Origin: an uncultured Gemmatimonadales bacterium
Lineage (GTDB): Bacteria; Gemmatimonadota; Gemmatimonadetes; Gemmatimonadales; GWC2-71-9
DNA length: 64,000 nt
Direction: 5' to 3'
NCBI GenBank assembly: GCA_963821525.1
Contig: CAWGED010000005.1
Location: 480,001 to 544,000, forward strand
Part shown: one piece after another, positions 11,216 through 33,151 of the stretch
How positions within the stretch are numbered: the stretch's first letter is position 1
Layout: every line of letters begins with the position of its first letter
Made by a program: the position numbers and the translations under genes
Notes under the pieces: model-generated
What the model was told of the DNA's origin: nothing
Databases searched by the model: none
The model's input: the letters and a program-made list of their open reading frames with translations, nothing else

Positions 11216-11605
11216 ATGACTACCACAGCGCTTGGCAAGGAAGAGATCCTCGAAGCCATCGGCAAGATGAGCGTGCTCGAGCTCGCCGATCTGATCGAGG
11301 CCTTCAAGTCAAAGTTCAACGTCTCGATCGTCGCGGCCGCAGGAGCTGCCGGGGCGGGTGGGGCAGGCGGCGCGGCCCCGGCGGTCGAGGAGAAGACTGA
11401 GTTCGCCGTCATCCTCAAGGAAGCCGGTGCCAAGAAGATCCAGGTCATCAAGGTGGTGCGGGAACTGACCAGCCTGGGTCTGAAGGAGGCGAAGGACCTG
11501 GTCGATGGCACGCCGAGCACGGTGAAGGAAGGCGTGACCAAGGCCGAAGCCGAAGAGATGAAGAAGAAGCTGGAGGAGCAGGGAGCCGTCGTCGAACTGA
11601 AGTAG
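11216..11605 (+). CDS. rplL: 50S ribosomal protein L7/L12
   Basis: [40 protein letters not shown]. Confidence 0.99.
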   Translation: MTTTALGKEEILEAIGKMSVLELADLIEAFKSKFNVSIVAAAGAAGAGGAGGAAPAVEEKTEFAVILKEAGAKKIQVIKVVRELTSLGLKEAKDLVDGTPSTVKEGVTKAEAEEMKKKLEEQGAVVELK

Positions 11606-11726
11606 GGCCACGCCCTGTCCTGAGCGGTGTCGGCCCTCGGCCGATCCCGCGATGGATTTGGCCGAAACCCCTACTTCGGTGAGACGCATGACGGTTGAAA
11701 ACTGCTGGTAATTCTGATTGGTGCGT

Positions 11727-11785
11727 GCGCCCCGTGTGGCCCCTTCGCATTCGGCGAAGGGGCACGCGCCGGGGCCCTTTGTGTT
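11727..11785 (+). terminator. rplL-rpoB intergenic stem-loop / attenuator-like structure
   Basis: Extended GC stem centred on GCCCCTTCGC-ATTCG-GCGAAGGGGC, followed by TTTGTGTT, upstream of rpoB. Confidence 0.45.
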
Positions 11786-11800
11786 GCGTGAGAGTGCCTG

Positions 11801-20826
<9,026 letters not shown>

Positions 20827-20868
20827 ACAGCCCAAGACCGCTCTTGTTGGCTGGACATTAATGGAGAG

Positions 20869-20905
20869 CGGCGCCCGGACGATAGTTCCGGGCGCCGTGA
20901 TTTTT
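20869..20905 (+). terminator. rho-independent terminator after rpoC
   Basis: CGGCGCCCGGA-CGATAGT-TCCGGGCGCCG followed by TGATTTTT. Confidence 0.8.
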
Positions 20906-20964
20906 CGTCGGCAGGTATATTCGAAGTACTTCTTACAAACGTTCTTCGTTTCATACAGGCACCT

Positions 20965-23911
20965 ATGACCGTCCGATACCTTCGGACCGCCAGTGCAGTG
21001 GCCGTGTCCCTGATACTGGTTCAGTGCGGAGAACAAGGACAACAGCACACCGACGCCGGTCCCGGCGGAAATCGCCTACCTCTCGGGCGACGGGCAAACC
21101 GGGGCTGCCGGGTCGTTGCTTCCTCAGCCGATTGTCGCCGTGGTCACCGACGCTAACGGCGATCCGGTCTCGGGTGTCACCGTCACCATGGCCGCGACGC
21201 CGGGAGACGGGATTCTCTCCGTTAGTCAGCCCAAGACCGATCCCCAGGGACGGGTCGCCGCACAATGGACGCTGGGTGCACACGCCGGCGCGCAGAGCGC
21301 GACTGCGACCGTCAGCGGGCTCACCGGATCTCCGGTCACCTTCGGTGCCACCGCAACCACGACCGGTACGCTGAATCTCATTTCGGGTGATGGCCAGACC
21401 GGCGCAGACGGCACGCTCCTGCTGCCGCTGGTCGTGGAAGTGCGCGACAACAGCAACGTGGGTCAGCAGGGGGCCACGGTCAATGGCAAGTGACGAGCGG
21501 TGGCGGCTCATTGGATGCGACCACCACCACCACCGATCAGAATGGGCAGGCGAGGGTCAACTGGACCATGGGCCCCGGTCCCGGTAACCAGTCGGTTCGG
21601 GCGGCGAGCGCCGCGACCAATCCGGGCACCGTGGACTTCTCGGCCACGACAGTCGCTAGCGCAACCGTCTTCGATCTCAGGCATGGTGGCGACGGTGGAC
21701 TTCCCGGCTGCGCCACCTGCGTCGTTGCGCGTCTTACCGTCGTCCCGAACCGGCGGTATGACGGAAGGCGTCCGGCCGCTGCAGCGCACTCGATTGGCCG
21801 CGGTTGGTGGTATCGAATACACACCCGATGAGCTGATCGTGCACTTCAAGCCGGCGGCGATAGCGGCTCCGGGAATCCGTGCGATGCGTGTCCTCAGCAC
21901 CGCACAATCGGTTGCAGCGACGATGCGAGGTCGCCTCCTGGCTCACCTGGCGCCCGGGCGAGTGCGGCTGGACGGTGTCTCCCCCATCATCTCGACGGCA
22001 CGGATCAGAGTGGCGAACCCGGCCAAGCTCGACTCGGTCCGGGTCGAATTGCTCAGGAACCCGGCGGTGGCAAGCGTAAGCCGCGGACGCTGGATGCGGA
22101 CCGACGAGATCCCGGCGCGGCTTCGCGAGCCGGTTGTCACGCCTGACGATCCCAATTATCCCAACCAGTCGTGGCACTACACGATGATCGGCCTGCCCGA
22201 GGCATGGGCCATCACGACCGGAAGCAGCAACATCATCGTGGCCGTCGTCGACAACGGAATTCGCTTCGACCATCCAGCGCTGACCGCCAACCTTCGAAGC
22301 GACGGCTACGACTTCGTCTCCCAGACCAATGCGACCTTCTGTGCCGGAGGAACGACTAGTAACACCGGAGACGGAAACGGCTACGACTCCGATCCCACGA
22401 TTCCGGTGGACTACGATGTCCTGGGAAGCGGATGCCTGGGAGGCTTGGCCCAGTTTGGAGGACACGGCATTCACACCTCTGGTACCATCGGGGCCGTGGG
22501 GAACGACGGCGTGTCAGTCCTCGGGGTGAACTGGCACGTCGGTATCCGTCCGGTGAGGGTGCTCGGACTCTCCGGTGGGAGCGACTACGACGTGGCGCAG
22601 GGCATTCTGTACGCCGCGGGACTTCCGGCAGGCAACGAGCAGGGAGACTCCGCGGTCATCGCGCCTCCGGCGCAGGGTGCGCGGATCATCAACGTGAGCC
22701 TCGGCGGCGGGTGCAGCCTGGGGACCAACCCGGCTCCAGGAACGGACGTGCTGCACGACGCCGTGATGGCCGCGACCGACCCGGGCCTTCAAGGTGGAGC
22801 GCTCATCGTCGCGTCGGCCGGGAACAGCGCCAGCTCGGTGCCCAACTGTCCAGCGGCGTACCCCGAAGTGTTGTCGGTGTCGGCCGTGGGGCCGCAGGGG
22901 ACTCTGGCGAGCTATTCGAATTTCGGGCCAACGATCGACATCGCCGCGCCCGGCGGAGATATCGGCGCGAGCCCGCTGGTCAACTCGGCCGGCGACGGAA
23001 CCTGGGGCGTCTTCTCCACGGTCTGTGATTTTACGGTCGATCCCTGCACCCCGACCCAGGCACGCTACGAAGGGACCTCGATGGCGGCGCCGCATGTGAG
23101 TGGCGTTGCGGCACTCATTCTGGCCGCCAATCCCTCTCTCACGGCGGCTCAGCTCAGGAGCAGACTCCTGACCTATGCGGTGCCGGCGGGCCCGGCCAAC
23201 GCGTACGGCGCCGGCATAGTGAATGCGCGGAACAGCCTGTTGCAGAACATGGGACCCACCCGCCAGCTCTACGTCCGGTTGTACGACGCGATCACACTCA
23301 ATCCGGTCGCCACCATGGCCGCGACTGGCGGTGCCTACAGCTTCACTGGTCTCGCCGACGGGAGCTATCTGGTTTTCGCGGGTGAGGATGAGGATGGTGA
23401 CGGGCTCCTGGGTGTCCTGGGCCGGCGTTGGGGGGCATACGGCGGGGCGGGGGCGCCACGCAGTGTGACGGTGTCGTCCACGATCGGTGCGTACGCCTCT
23501 TTCCAGATCGGCAGCCCGCTGGAACACGAGGACGATGGGTCGATTAGTTCAGCGAGCCTGCTGGTGGACGGCACCTACCAGACCGGGACGGTCAGCACTG
23601 TCGAGTCGGATTTCTATCAAGTCGTGATTCAGACGGGGGGACTGCACACGTTCGAGACCAGCGGGTTCAATGGCGCCTATTGCTCCTATGGCCTCGAGCT
23701 GAACACCAACTTGCAGCTCTTCAATGCAGCGGGCACTGCGATCGGGACCGGCACCGACGACATCGCCGCCGGGGTGAACAACTACTGCTCTCGCCAGTCT
23801 GCGACGCTCGTCCCCGGCACCTACTACGTCCGGATCACTCCGGGAACCTTCTTTACCAGCGGAGTGCCGCATCAGGGGCGGTATCGCTTGGAGGCCGGGC
23901 AGGGGCCGTAG
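20965..23911 (+). CDS. secreted/lipoprotein S8 (subtilisin-like) serine protease with N-terminal Ig-like (Big_1) repeats and a C-terminal PPC-like domain; indels in the 5' part
   Basis: Signal ending LVQC; SGDGQTG..LPQPIVAVVTDANGDPVSGV Ig repeats; catalytic triad VAVVDNG, GHGIHTSGTIGA, GTSMAAPHVSG. Confidence 0.9.
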
Positions 23912-24042
23912 AGGGGTCAGGTGTCAGGGAACAGGTGTCAGGGGTGTTGGGTTGTGGGTGGTGGGTGGTTGGGCCCCACCACCCACTCCCCACTACCTAC
24001 CACCTGGATCCCTGACCCCTGACACCTGATCCCTGACACCTG
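23912..24042. repeat. nested inverted tandem-heptamer element: outer (GGKGTCA)n/(TGACMCC)n, inner (GTGGGTK)n/(ACCCACY)n
   Basis: ggggtca ggtgtca..ggtgtca | gggttgt gggtggt gggtggt .. ccaccac ccactcc ccactac ctaccac | tgacccc tgacacc..tgacacc. Confidence 0.9.
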
Positions 24043-24049
24043 TGTCGCC

Positions 24050-24078
24050 TTGACCTAAGTCGTATCCGCCGCTACTGT
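24050..24078 (+). promoter_or_regulatory. sigma70-type promoter of rpsL
   Basis: TTGACC-17 nt-TACTGT, ending 9 nt before the rpsL ATG; no SD. Confidence 0.6.
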
Positions 24079-24087
24079 TCGCGGTCT

Positions 24088-24486
24088 ATGCCGACTATTA
24101 ACCAGCTGGTTCGCTTCGGCCGCCGCTCGGTCGAGGCGAAGAACAAAGTGCCCGCCCTCAAAGCCAACCCGCTCAAGCGCGGCGTGTGCACCAGGGTCTA
24201 CACCACGACGCCCAAGAAGCCGAACTCGGCGCTCCGCAAAGTGGCGCGAGTGCGGCTTACCAACGGTTTCGAAGTTACCGCGTACATCCCCGGTGAAGGT
24301 CACAATCTGCAGGAACACTCGATCGTGCTCATTCGTGGCGGCCGCGTGAAGGACCTGCCCGGTGTGCGTTACCATATCGTGCGGGGCGCCCTCGATGCCG
24401 CGGGCGTCAACGACCGCAAGCAGAGCCGTTCGAAGTACGGCGCCAAGCGGCCCAAGGCCGCCGCAGGCAAGGGAGGTTCGAAGTGA
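24088..24486 (+). CDS. rpsL: 30S ribosomal protein S12
   Basis: [34 protein letters not shown]. Confidence 0.99.
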   Translation: MPTINQLVRFGRRSVEAKNKVPALKANPLKRGVCTRVYTTTPKKPNSALRKVARVRLTNGFEVTAYIPGEGHNLQEHSIVLIRGGRVKDLPGVRYHIVRGALDAAGVNDRKQSRSKYGAKRPKAAAGKGGSK

Positions 24487-24953
24487 GTCGTCGGAACAAG
24501 GCCGTCAAGCGTCCGGTTCCCCCCGATCCGCGGTACGACAGCCAGACCGTCTCCAAGTTCGTCAGCAACCTGATGTACCAGGGCAAGAAGAGCACTGCCG
24601 AGCAGATCTTCTACTCCGCCATGGACCTGATCGAAGAGCGCACCGGCCAGCCCGGTGTCACGGTCTTCAAGCAGGCGGTGAACAACGCCAAGCCCGCCCT
24701 CGAGGTGAAGAGCCGCCGGGTAGGCGGCGCCTCGCTGCAGGTCCCGGTCGAAGTGCGGCCCGAGCGGCGCACCGCGCTCGCCATGCGCTGGATCATCGAG
24801 TACTCCCGCGCGCGCACCGAGAAGAGCATGGAAGAGCGTCTCGCCGCGGAGCTGATCCTGGCCTCCAAGGGTGAGGGCAACACCATCAAGAAGAAGGAAG
24901 ACACCCACCGGATGGCCGAGGCCAACCGGGCGTTCGCGCACTATCGCTGGTAA
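24483..24953 (+). CDS. rpsG: 30S ribosomal protein S7
   Basis: [31 protein letters not shown]. Confidence 0.99.
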   Translation: MSRRNKAVKRPVPPDPRYDSQTVSKFVSNLMYQGKKSTAEQIFYSAMDLIEERTGQPGVTVFKQAVNNAKPALEVKSRRVGGASLQVPVEVRPERRTALAMRWIIEYSRARTEKSMEERLAAELILASKGEGNTIKKKEDTHRMAEANRAFAHYRW

Positions 24954-25086
24954 GGCGGTAGGGCGGGAAGCCGGTAGGGCGGGCAGATGGGGCCGGAGCG
25001 ATCCGGCCCCTCGTGTTTCTGGGAAGCTCTAAATCCGCCCCGTCCACCTTCTTCTCCCGCCATCCCGGCCTACCGCCTGTCCCGCC
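24954..25086. repeat. inverted tandem ~9-mer element (GGCGGTAGG-like) enclosing a GNRA hairpin
   Basis: ggcggtagggcgggaagccggtagggcgggcag ... cccgccatcccggcctaccgcctgtcccgcc. Confidence 0.7.
24989..25020 (+). terminator. terminator-like hairpin after rpsG
   Basis: GGGGCCGGA-GCGA-TCCGGCCCC followed by TCGTGTTTCT. Confidence 0.55.
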
Positions 25087-25096
25087 AATGTCCGCC

Positions 25097-25124
25097 TTGA
25101 CCTAGCCCCGGAACTTGTTACCTT
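25097..25124 (+). promoter_or_regulatory. sigma70-type promoter upstream of the structured RNA / fusA
   Basis: TTGACC-16 nt-TACCTT with an extended -10 TG. Confidence 0.6.
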
Positions 25125-25134
25125 TCCCGGGCTT

Positions 25135-25336
25135 CGGTGGTTTCCGGACGCCAGTTTCGGGTCCTCTATCGAGCCGACATCGGATCATGTGAGCGCCGGT
25201 CCCAGGGTACTGGGACCCTGTGTGTCACCTCTGATCCTCCTGTAAGGGCGTCGATCCGACGCCCCAATGAACGCAGGACCTGCAATGGTCCCCCGTCTTG
25301 GGCGCTGCCCGGACGTGCGCGGAGCGATACCACCGG
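25135..25336 (+). ncRNA. ssrS: 6S RNA-like structured ncRNA (~200 nt)
   Basis: 5' and 3' ends pair (CGGTGGT/ACCACCG, TCCG/CGGA, GTTTCGGG/CCCGGAC); an unpaired central strand carries GAGCCGACAT (E. coli 6S has GAGCCGAUAU); long apical stem GGATCA..GGTCCCAG-GGTA-CTGGGACC..TGATCC. It has its own promoter and a downstream hairpin plus T-run. Confidence 0.55.
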
Positions 25337-25427
25337 GAAATCCCCGGGCTCGGTCGCCCCGCTTTTTCGCTGGTGGAAGATGAGCTCTGCGACGCTGCAG
25401 CAATCCACGGCTGCAAAAGGGAATGGC

Positions 25428-27524
<2,097 letters not shown>

Positions 27525-27574
27525 GCGCAGTTCACTGATCGTCGATAGAACCGTTAGAACCACTCGAGGACCGT

Positions 27575-28775
27575 ATGGCCAAGGCCAAATTCGAGCGCAC
27601 CAAGCCGCACGTGAACGTGGGAACCATCGGCCACGTTGACCATGGAAAGACCACCACCACCGCCGCCCTCACCAAGGTGTCGGCCGACAAGGGGCTGGCC
27701 GCCTACATCCCGTACGACACGGTGGCGAAGGCCTCCGAGTCTCAGGGCCGCCGCGATGCGACCAAGATTCTCACGATCGCGACCAGCCACGTCGAGTACA
27801 GCACCGACAAGCGCCACTACGCGCACGTCGACTGCCCGGGCCACGCCGACTACGTGAAGAACATGATCACCGGCGCGGCGCAGATGGACGGCGCCATCCT
27901 GGTGGTCAGCGCCAGCGACGGGCCCGATGCCGCAGACCCGCGAGCACATCCTGCTCGCCCGTCAGGTGAACGTGCCCTCGATCGTGGTCTTCATGAACAA
28001 GTGCGACCTGGTCGAAGACGCCGAGCTGCTGGACCTGGTGGAGCTGGAAGTGCGTGAGCTGCTGAGCAAGTACGAGTTCCCGGGCGATGATCTGCCGGTG
28101 ATTCGCGGCTCCGCCACCGGCGCCATCAAGGGTGAGGAGCAGTGGGTCAAGAAGATGTGGGAGCTGCTCGACTCGCTCGACAACTACATCCCCCAGCCCA
28201 AGCGCGACGTCGAGAAGGCGTTCCTGATGCCGGTCGAGGACGTGTTCTCGATCACCGGCCGCGGCACGGTGGCGACCGGCCGTATCGAGCGGGGCAAGAT
28301 CAAGGTGGGCGAGGAAATCGCCCTGGTCGGCTTCGGCTCGGACAAGAAGTCGGTGGTGACCGGCGTCGAGATGTTCCGCAAGCTGCTGGACCATGGCGAG
28401 GCGGGCGACAACGTCGGCCTGCTGCTGCGCGGCGTTGAAAAGCACGAGATCGAGCGCGGCATGGTGCTGGCGAAGGCGGGCAGCATCACCCCGCATACCA
28501 AGTTCAACGCCGAGGTCTACGTCCTGACCAAGGAAGAGGGCGGACGGCACACCCCGTTCTTCAAGGGGTACCGGCCCCAGTTCTACTTCCGCACCACGGA
28601 CGTGACCGGCTCGGTGGAGCTGCCCGAGGGCGTCGAGATGGTCATGCCGGGCGACAACATCCAGATGATGATCGAGCTCATCACGCCGATCGCGATGGAT
28701 GAGGGCCTCCGTTTCGCCATCCGCGAGGGTGGGCGGACGGTGGGTGCTGGCGTCGTAACCAAGATTCTCAAGTAA
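27575..28775 (+). CDS. tuf: elongation factor Tu (one indel ~27920)
   Basis: [43 protein letters not shown]. Confidence 0.99.
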
Positions 28776-28784
28776 AGAGCCTTG

Positions 28785-28839
28785 AGCCGTCAGCCGTCAG
28801 CCATCAGTGCTGACGGCCGACGGCCGACGGCTGACGGCT
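28785..28839. repeat. inverted tandem-heptamer element (GCCGTCA)n/(YGACGGC)n
   Basis: agccgtc agccgtc agccatc agt gctgacg gccgacg gccgacg gctgacg gct. Confidence 0.9.
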
Positions 28840-28862
28840 AAAAGCCAGCGCGAGAGGCAGAC

Positions 28863-29171
28863 ATGGCACAGCGAATTCGCATCCGACTCAAGGCCTTCGA
28901 TCACGGCGTGCTGGATCAGGCCGCGGCCGACATCGTGCGCACCGCCGAGAAGACCGGGGCGCAGGTCTCGGGGCCCATTCCATTGCCGGTGAAGATCGAG
29001 CGGTGGACGGTGCTGCGTAGCCCGCATATCGACAAGAAGAGCCGGGAGCAGTTCGAGCTGCGCACTCACAAGCGCCTGCTGGACATCAACGACTCACGGC
29101 CGCAGACGATGGACGCGCTGACCAAGCTGGATTTGCCGGCCGGCGTGGACGTCGAGATCAAGGTCGAATAG
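28863..29171 (+). CDS. rpsJ: 30S ribosomal protein S10
   Basis: [36 protein letters not shown]. Confidence 0.99.
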   Translation: MAQRIRIRLKAFDHGVLDQAAADIVRTAEKTGAQVSGPIPLPVKIERWTVLRSPHIDKKSREQFELRTHKRLLDINDSRPQTMDALTKLDLPAGVDVEIKVE

Positions 29172-29173
29172 CC

Positions 29174-29797
29174 ATGGCGAATGGTTTGATCGGGCGGAAG
29201 CTCGGGATGACCCGGGTTTTCGCCGAGGACGGCGCCTCGGTGCCGGTCACCGTCATCGAAGCCGGACCGTGCCGGGTGGTGCAGGTGAAGACCGATGCGG
29301 TGCAGCTCGGCTTCGAGAGCCGGGGCAAGGCGCAGACGACGCGCGCGCTGCTGGGCCACGCCAAGAAGGCGGGGCTCGAGGCGGCGCCCTGGATCCTGCG
29401 CGAGTTCGCGCTGGGCGAAGCCCAGCACGCGGCGGGCGACACGGTCACCGTGGGGATCTTCGCCCCCGGTGAGCTGGTCAAGGTGACCGGCACGTCGAAG
29501 GGGCGCGGGTTTCAGGGCGTCGTGCACCGCTACGGCATCGGCGGTGGACCGGGGTCGCACGGCAACACCCGGCACCGGAAACCGGGCTCCATCGGCGCGG
29601 GCACCGATCCCTCGCGTGTCATCAAGGGCAAGAGGATGCCGGGCCACATGGGAGCGGAGCGCCACACCGAGCTGGGCCTCCGGGTGGTGAAGGTGGATGC
29701 CGAGCGGAATCTCCTGTTCGTCCGCGGCGCCGTTCCGGGAGCCAAGCATGGAATCCTGCTGGTGAACAAGCAGAAGGGCAGGAGCCGCCATGATTGA
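29174..29797 (+). CDS. rplC: 50S ribosomal protein L3
   Basis: GRKLGMTRVF, GTSKGRGFQG, KGKRMPGHMG. Confidence 0.99.
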   Translation: MANGLIGRKLGMTRVFAEDGASVPVTVIEAGPCRVVQVKTDAVQLGFESRGKAQTTRALLGHAKKAGLEAAPWILREFALGEAQHAAGDTVTVGIFAPGELVKVTGTSKGRGFQGVVHRYGIGGGPGSHGNTRHRKPGSIGAGTDPSRVIKGKRMPGHMGAERHTELGLRVVKVDAERNLLFVRGAVPGAKHGILLVNKQKGRSRHD

Positions 29798-30649
29798 AGC
29801 GCCGCATTTCTCGCCCGCCGGCTCGCGCAAGGGTTCGACTGCGCTGCCCGAGGCGTATCTTTGATGGGACTGTGCACGAGGCCTCGCTGCACCAGGCGGT
29901 TACGACCTATCTGGCCAATCAGCGGCAGGGCACGCACATGACCAAGACCCGGAGCTTCGTCTCCGGAGGCAACCAGAAGCCCTGGAAGCAGAAGGGCACC
30001 GGTCGCGCCCGCGCGGGCTCAACCCGCTCGCCGCTCTGGCCGGGTGGTGGTACTACCTTCGGACCTCAGCCGCGCGACTACCGGCTGGGAATTCCCCGCA
30101 AGGTGAAGCAGCTGGCCCGGAAGTCGGCGCTCAACGCCCGCGCTTCCGAAGGTGCGCTCTTCGTCGTGGAGCGGTTCGATCTCGACAGCCCCAAGACGGC
30201 GCGGGTCGTCGAATTGCTCGAGGCGATGGAAGTGGGCGGCAAGAAGGCGCTGCTCCTCACCCATGGCTTGAGTCAGGCTCTGGTGCTCTCCGCTCGGAAC
30301 ATCCCCCACGTCAACGTGCTGCCCTACCAGGATGCGTCGGCTTACGACGTCCTGTGGGCTGATGTCGTGATCGTCGAAGAGGGCGCCCTGAGCGGTGAGC
30401 CGGCCGAGCCCTTTGTCCGGCCGTTCGTTCCCGGCCCGAAGGCGGACGCCGGCAGTCAGGACGGAGCGTCCGGCCAAGGCCAAGCCCGCCAAGGAAGCGA
30501 AGCCCAAGGCCGCTCCCAAGGCGAAGGCCGCCAAGGCGTCGCCCAAGGCCAAGGCCAAGTCGGCGAAGCCCGCAGCCAGGAAGTCGGCCAAGGCGACCAA
30601 GGCCAAGGCCGCGAAGCCGGCCCCGAAGAAGAAGAAGGGGGGCAAGTAA
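29790..30649 (+). CDS. rplD: 50S ribosomal protein L4 with a Lys/Ala-rich C-terminal tail (indels ~29855, ~30440)
   Basis: RQGTHMTKTRS, KPWKQKGTGRARAGS, GGTTFGPQPRDY; tail AKAKPAKEAKPK..KKKKGGK*. Confidence 0.96.
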
Positions 30650-30937
30650 ATGTCCACGCTGCACCAGGTGATCGTCCGCCCGGTCGTGACCGAGAAGAGC
30701 TCCGCCGCCTATCAGCTGCGGAAGGAATACACCTTCGAGGTGCATCCCGAGGCGAACAAGTATCAGATCAGCGAGGCGCTGCAGAAGCTGTTCGGCGTGA
30801 CCGTGACCCGGGTTCGCACCATGCAGATGCGGCGCAACGAGGTGGTGCGCGGGAAGACCCGCGGCGCGACCGCCCGGTGGAAGAAGGCGATCGTCACCCT
30901 GAAGGAAGGGGACCAGATCCCCGTGTTCGAGGGCTGA
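30650..30937 (+). CDS. rplW: 50S ribosomal protein L23
   Basis: [16 protein letters not shown]. Confidence 0.98.
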   Translation: MSTLHQVIVRPVVTEKSSAAYQLRKEYTFEVHPEANKYQISEALQKLFGVTVTRVRTMQMRRNEVVRGKTRGATARWKKAIVTLKEGDQIPVFEG

Positions 30938-30938
30938 G

Positions 30939-31779
30939 ATGAGCATTCGACAGTTCAGGCCGGTGACCGCCGCGTCGCGGTACCGCTCGGTGTCCGGGTT
31001 CGACGAGATCACTCGGGCCACGCCCGAGAAGAGTCTGCTCGAGCCGATCCGGAAGACCGGCGGACGGAACAACCACGGCCATGTGACCATGCGTTACATC
31101 GGCGGCGGCCACAAGCGGATGTACCGCAAGATCGACTTCAAGCGGAACAAGTTCGGCGTGCCCGCCAAGGTTGCCGAGATCGAATACGATCCCAACCGGA
31201 GCGCGCGCATCGCCCTCCTGGTCTACGCCGACGGCGAGAAGCGCTACATCCTGCACCCCAAGGGTCTCAATGTGGGTGACACCGTGCTCTCAGGTCCCGG
31301 TGTCGATCCGCGGGTGGGGAACACGATTCCCCTGTCCGAGGTCCCGCTGGGCACCGTGGTGCACTGCGTCGAGCTCAAGATCGGCAAGGGCGGGCAGCTC
31401 GCCCGCACCGCGGGAGCCGGCGCCGAGGTCATCGCCAAGGAAGGGGAGTACGTGACGGTGCGGCTGCGCTCGACCGAAATGCGCCGGGTACACGCCCGCT
31501 GCCTCGCCACCATCGGAGAAGTGGGCAACGCGGAGCACGAGCTGCTCTCGGTGGGCAAGGCCGGCAAGACCCGCTGGCTGGGCCGCCGGGGCCGGGTACG
31601 TGGCGTCGCCAAGAACCCGGTGGACCATCCGCTGGGCGGCGGCGAGGGCAAGAGCTCGGGCGGGCGTCCGCCGAACGTCGCCCTGGGGCAAGCCGGAAGG
31701 CAGGAAGACCCGGCACAAGAAGAAGGCTTCTACCAAGCTCATCGTGCGCGGCCGCAAGCGCGGGAAGGCGACCCAATAA
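30939..31779 (+). CDS. rplB: 50S ribosomal protein L2 (indel ~31675)
   Basis: [31 protein letters not shown]. The true stop is TAA at 31777-31779. Confidence 0.98.
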
Positions 31780-32069
31780 TGTCGCGGAGCATCAAGAAGG
31801 GCCCGTTCGTTCAGGAGGCGCTGCTCCTGAAGGTGCAGGTGCTCAACAGCAAGAACGAGAAGAAGGTGGTGAAGACCTGGAGCCGGTCGAGCACCATTCT
31901 GCCCGAGTTCGTGGGACACACCTTCGCGGTCCATAACGGCAACAAGTTCGTGCCGGTGTACGTGACCGAGAACATGGTCGGGCACAAGCTCGGCGAGTTC
32001 GCGCCGACCCGCCTGTTCCGGGGCCACAGCGGCAAGCTGGTGGCGGACAAGAAGGCCAAGGCGGAGTGA
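31779..32069 (+). CDS. rpsS: 30S ribosomal protein S19
   Basis: [34 protein letters not shown]. Confidence 0.99.
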   Translation: MSRSIKKGPFVQEALLLKVQVLNSKNEKKVVKTWSRSSTILPEFVGHTFAVHNGNKFVPVYVTENMVGHKLGEFAPTRLFRGHSGKLVADKKAKAE

Positions 32070-32083
32070 CCGGGCGCAGCCTG

Positions 32084-32109
32084 GTCATCCCGAGCGCAGC
32101 GAGGGATCT
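32084..32109. repeat. CGTC/GTCA-type REP-like palindrome
   Basis: GTCATCCCGAGCGCAGCGAGGGATCT, nearly identical to 58688-58712. Confidence 0.75.
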
Positions 32110-32127
32110 GAGAGGAATAGACGACTG

Positions 32128-32489
32128 ATGCCAACGAAGCCCAGGCGATCCAGCGGTGGGTCCGGCAGAGCCCGCGGAAGATGCGGCTGGTGGCCGATCT
32201 CATTCGCGGCAAGAACGTGAACGAGGCCTACGCCATCCTCAAGTTCACCAAGAAGCTGGCGGCGAAGCAGATCGAGAAGACGCTGCGCTCGGCCGTGGCG
32301 AACGCGGAGCAGCGGGCCCTCAAGGACAACGAGGCGCTCGACGTCGATACGCTGTTCGTCACCAAGGCCGTGATCAATATGGGCAAGCCGCTCAAGCGGT
32401 TCAGCACCGCCGCGCAGGGGCGCGGTGTCCCGATCCGCAAGCGGACCAGCCATGTGGAGATCCACGTGGCCAGCAAGGAGATCGAGTAA
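32128..32489 (+). CDS. rplV: 50S ribosomal protein L22 (one base missing after the ATG)
   Basis: [38 protein letters not shown]. Confidence 0.97.
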
Positions 32490-33148
32490 TGGGCCAGAAG
32501 ACGCATCCGATCGGCCTGCGGCTGGGCATCGTCAAGCAGTGGAAGTCGCGCTGGTTCGCCGACAAGGAAATGCCGGCGCTGCTCAAGGAAGACGAGCTGA
32601 TCCGGAAGTACCTCAAGGCCCGACTGGGCCACGCGGCGATCGCCGAGGTGCACATCGAGCGGCGGCCCGGCAAGGTGACCGTCACGGTGCACACCGGTCG
32701 TCCCGGTGTCGTGATCGGCAAGCGGGGCGCCGAAGTGGACAAGCTGCGCGACGAGCTGGCCCAGCTCACCGGCAAGGAAGCGGCGATCAACGTCGAGGAG
32801 ATCAAGCGGCCGGAGCTCTCGTCCCAGCTCGTGGCCGACAACATCGCGCACCAGCTGACCCAGCGGATTTCCTTCCGCCGGGCCATGAAGCGCGCGGTGC
32901 AGAGCGCCATGCGGATGGGCGCCCAGGGCATCAAGGTTCGCGCGGCGGGCCGCCTGGGTGGCGCCGAAATCGCGCGCACCGAGGGCTATCGCGAGGGACG
33001 GGTGCCGCTCCATACCCTGCGAGCGGATGTGGACTACGCCACGAGCACGGCCAAGACGACCTACGGCACCATCGGCATCAAGGTGTGGATCTTCAAGGGT
33101 GAAGTGATCGAAGATCTGTCGGGCCGTACGTACAGCACGGGGAACTGA
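32489..33148 (+). CDS. rpsC: 30S ribosomal protein S3
   Basis: [34 protein letters not shown]. Confidence 0.99.
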   Translation: MGQKTHPIGLRLGIVKQWKSRWFADKEMPALLKEDELIRKYLKARLGHAAIAEVHIERRPGKVTVTVHTGRPGVVIGKRGAEVDKLRDELAQLTGKEAAINVEEIKRPELSSQLVADNIAHQLTQRISFRRAMKRAVQSAMRMGAQGIKVRAAGRLGGAEIARTEGYREGRVPLHTLRADVDYATSTAKTTYGTIGIKVWIFKGEVIEDLSGRTYSTGN

Positions 33149-33151
33149 CGC

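Noticed and set aside
25137..25427. 97-aa N-terminal extension of EF-G
   Set aside because: EF-G homology begins at ATG 25428. The upstream open frame overlaps the structured RNA and is not protein-like.
30939..32069. Apparent L2-S19 fusion (376-aa ORF)
   Set aside because: Caused by an indel at about 31675. The proper L2 stop and S19 start (TAATG, 31777-31781) are present.
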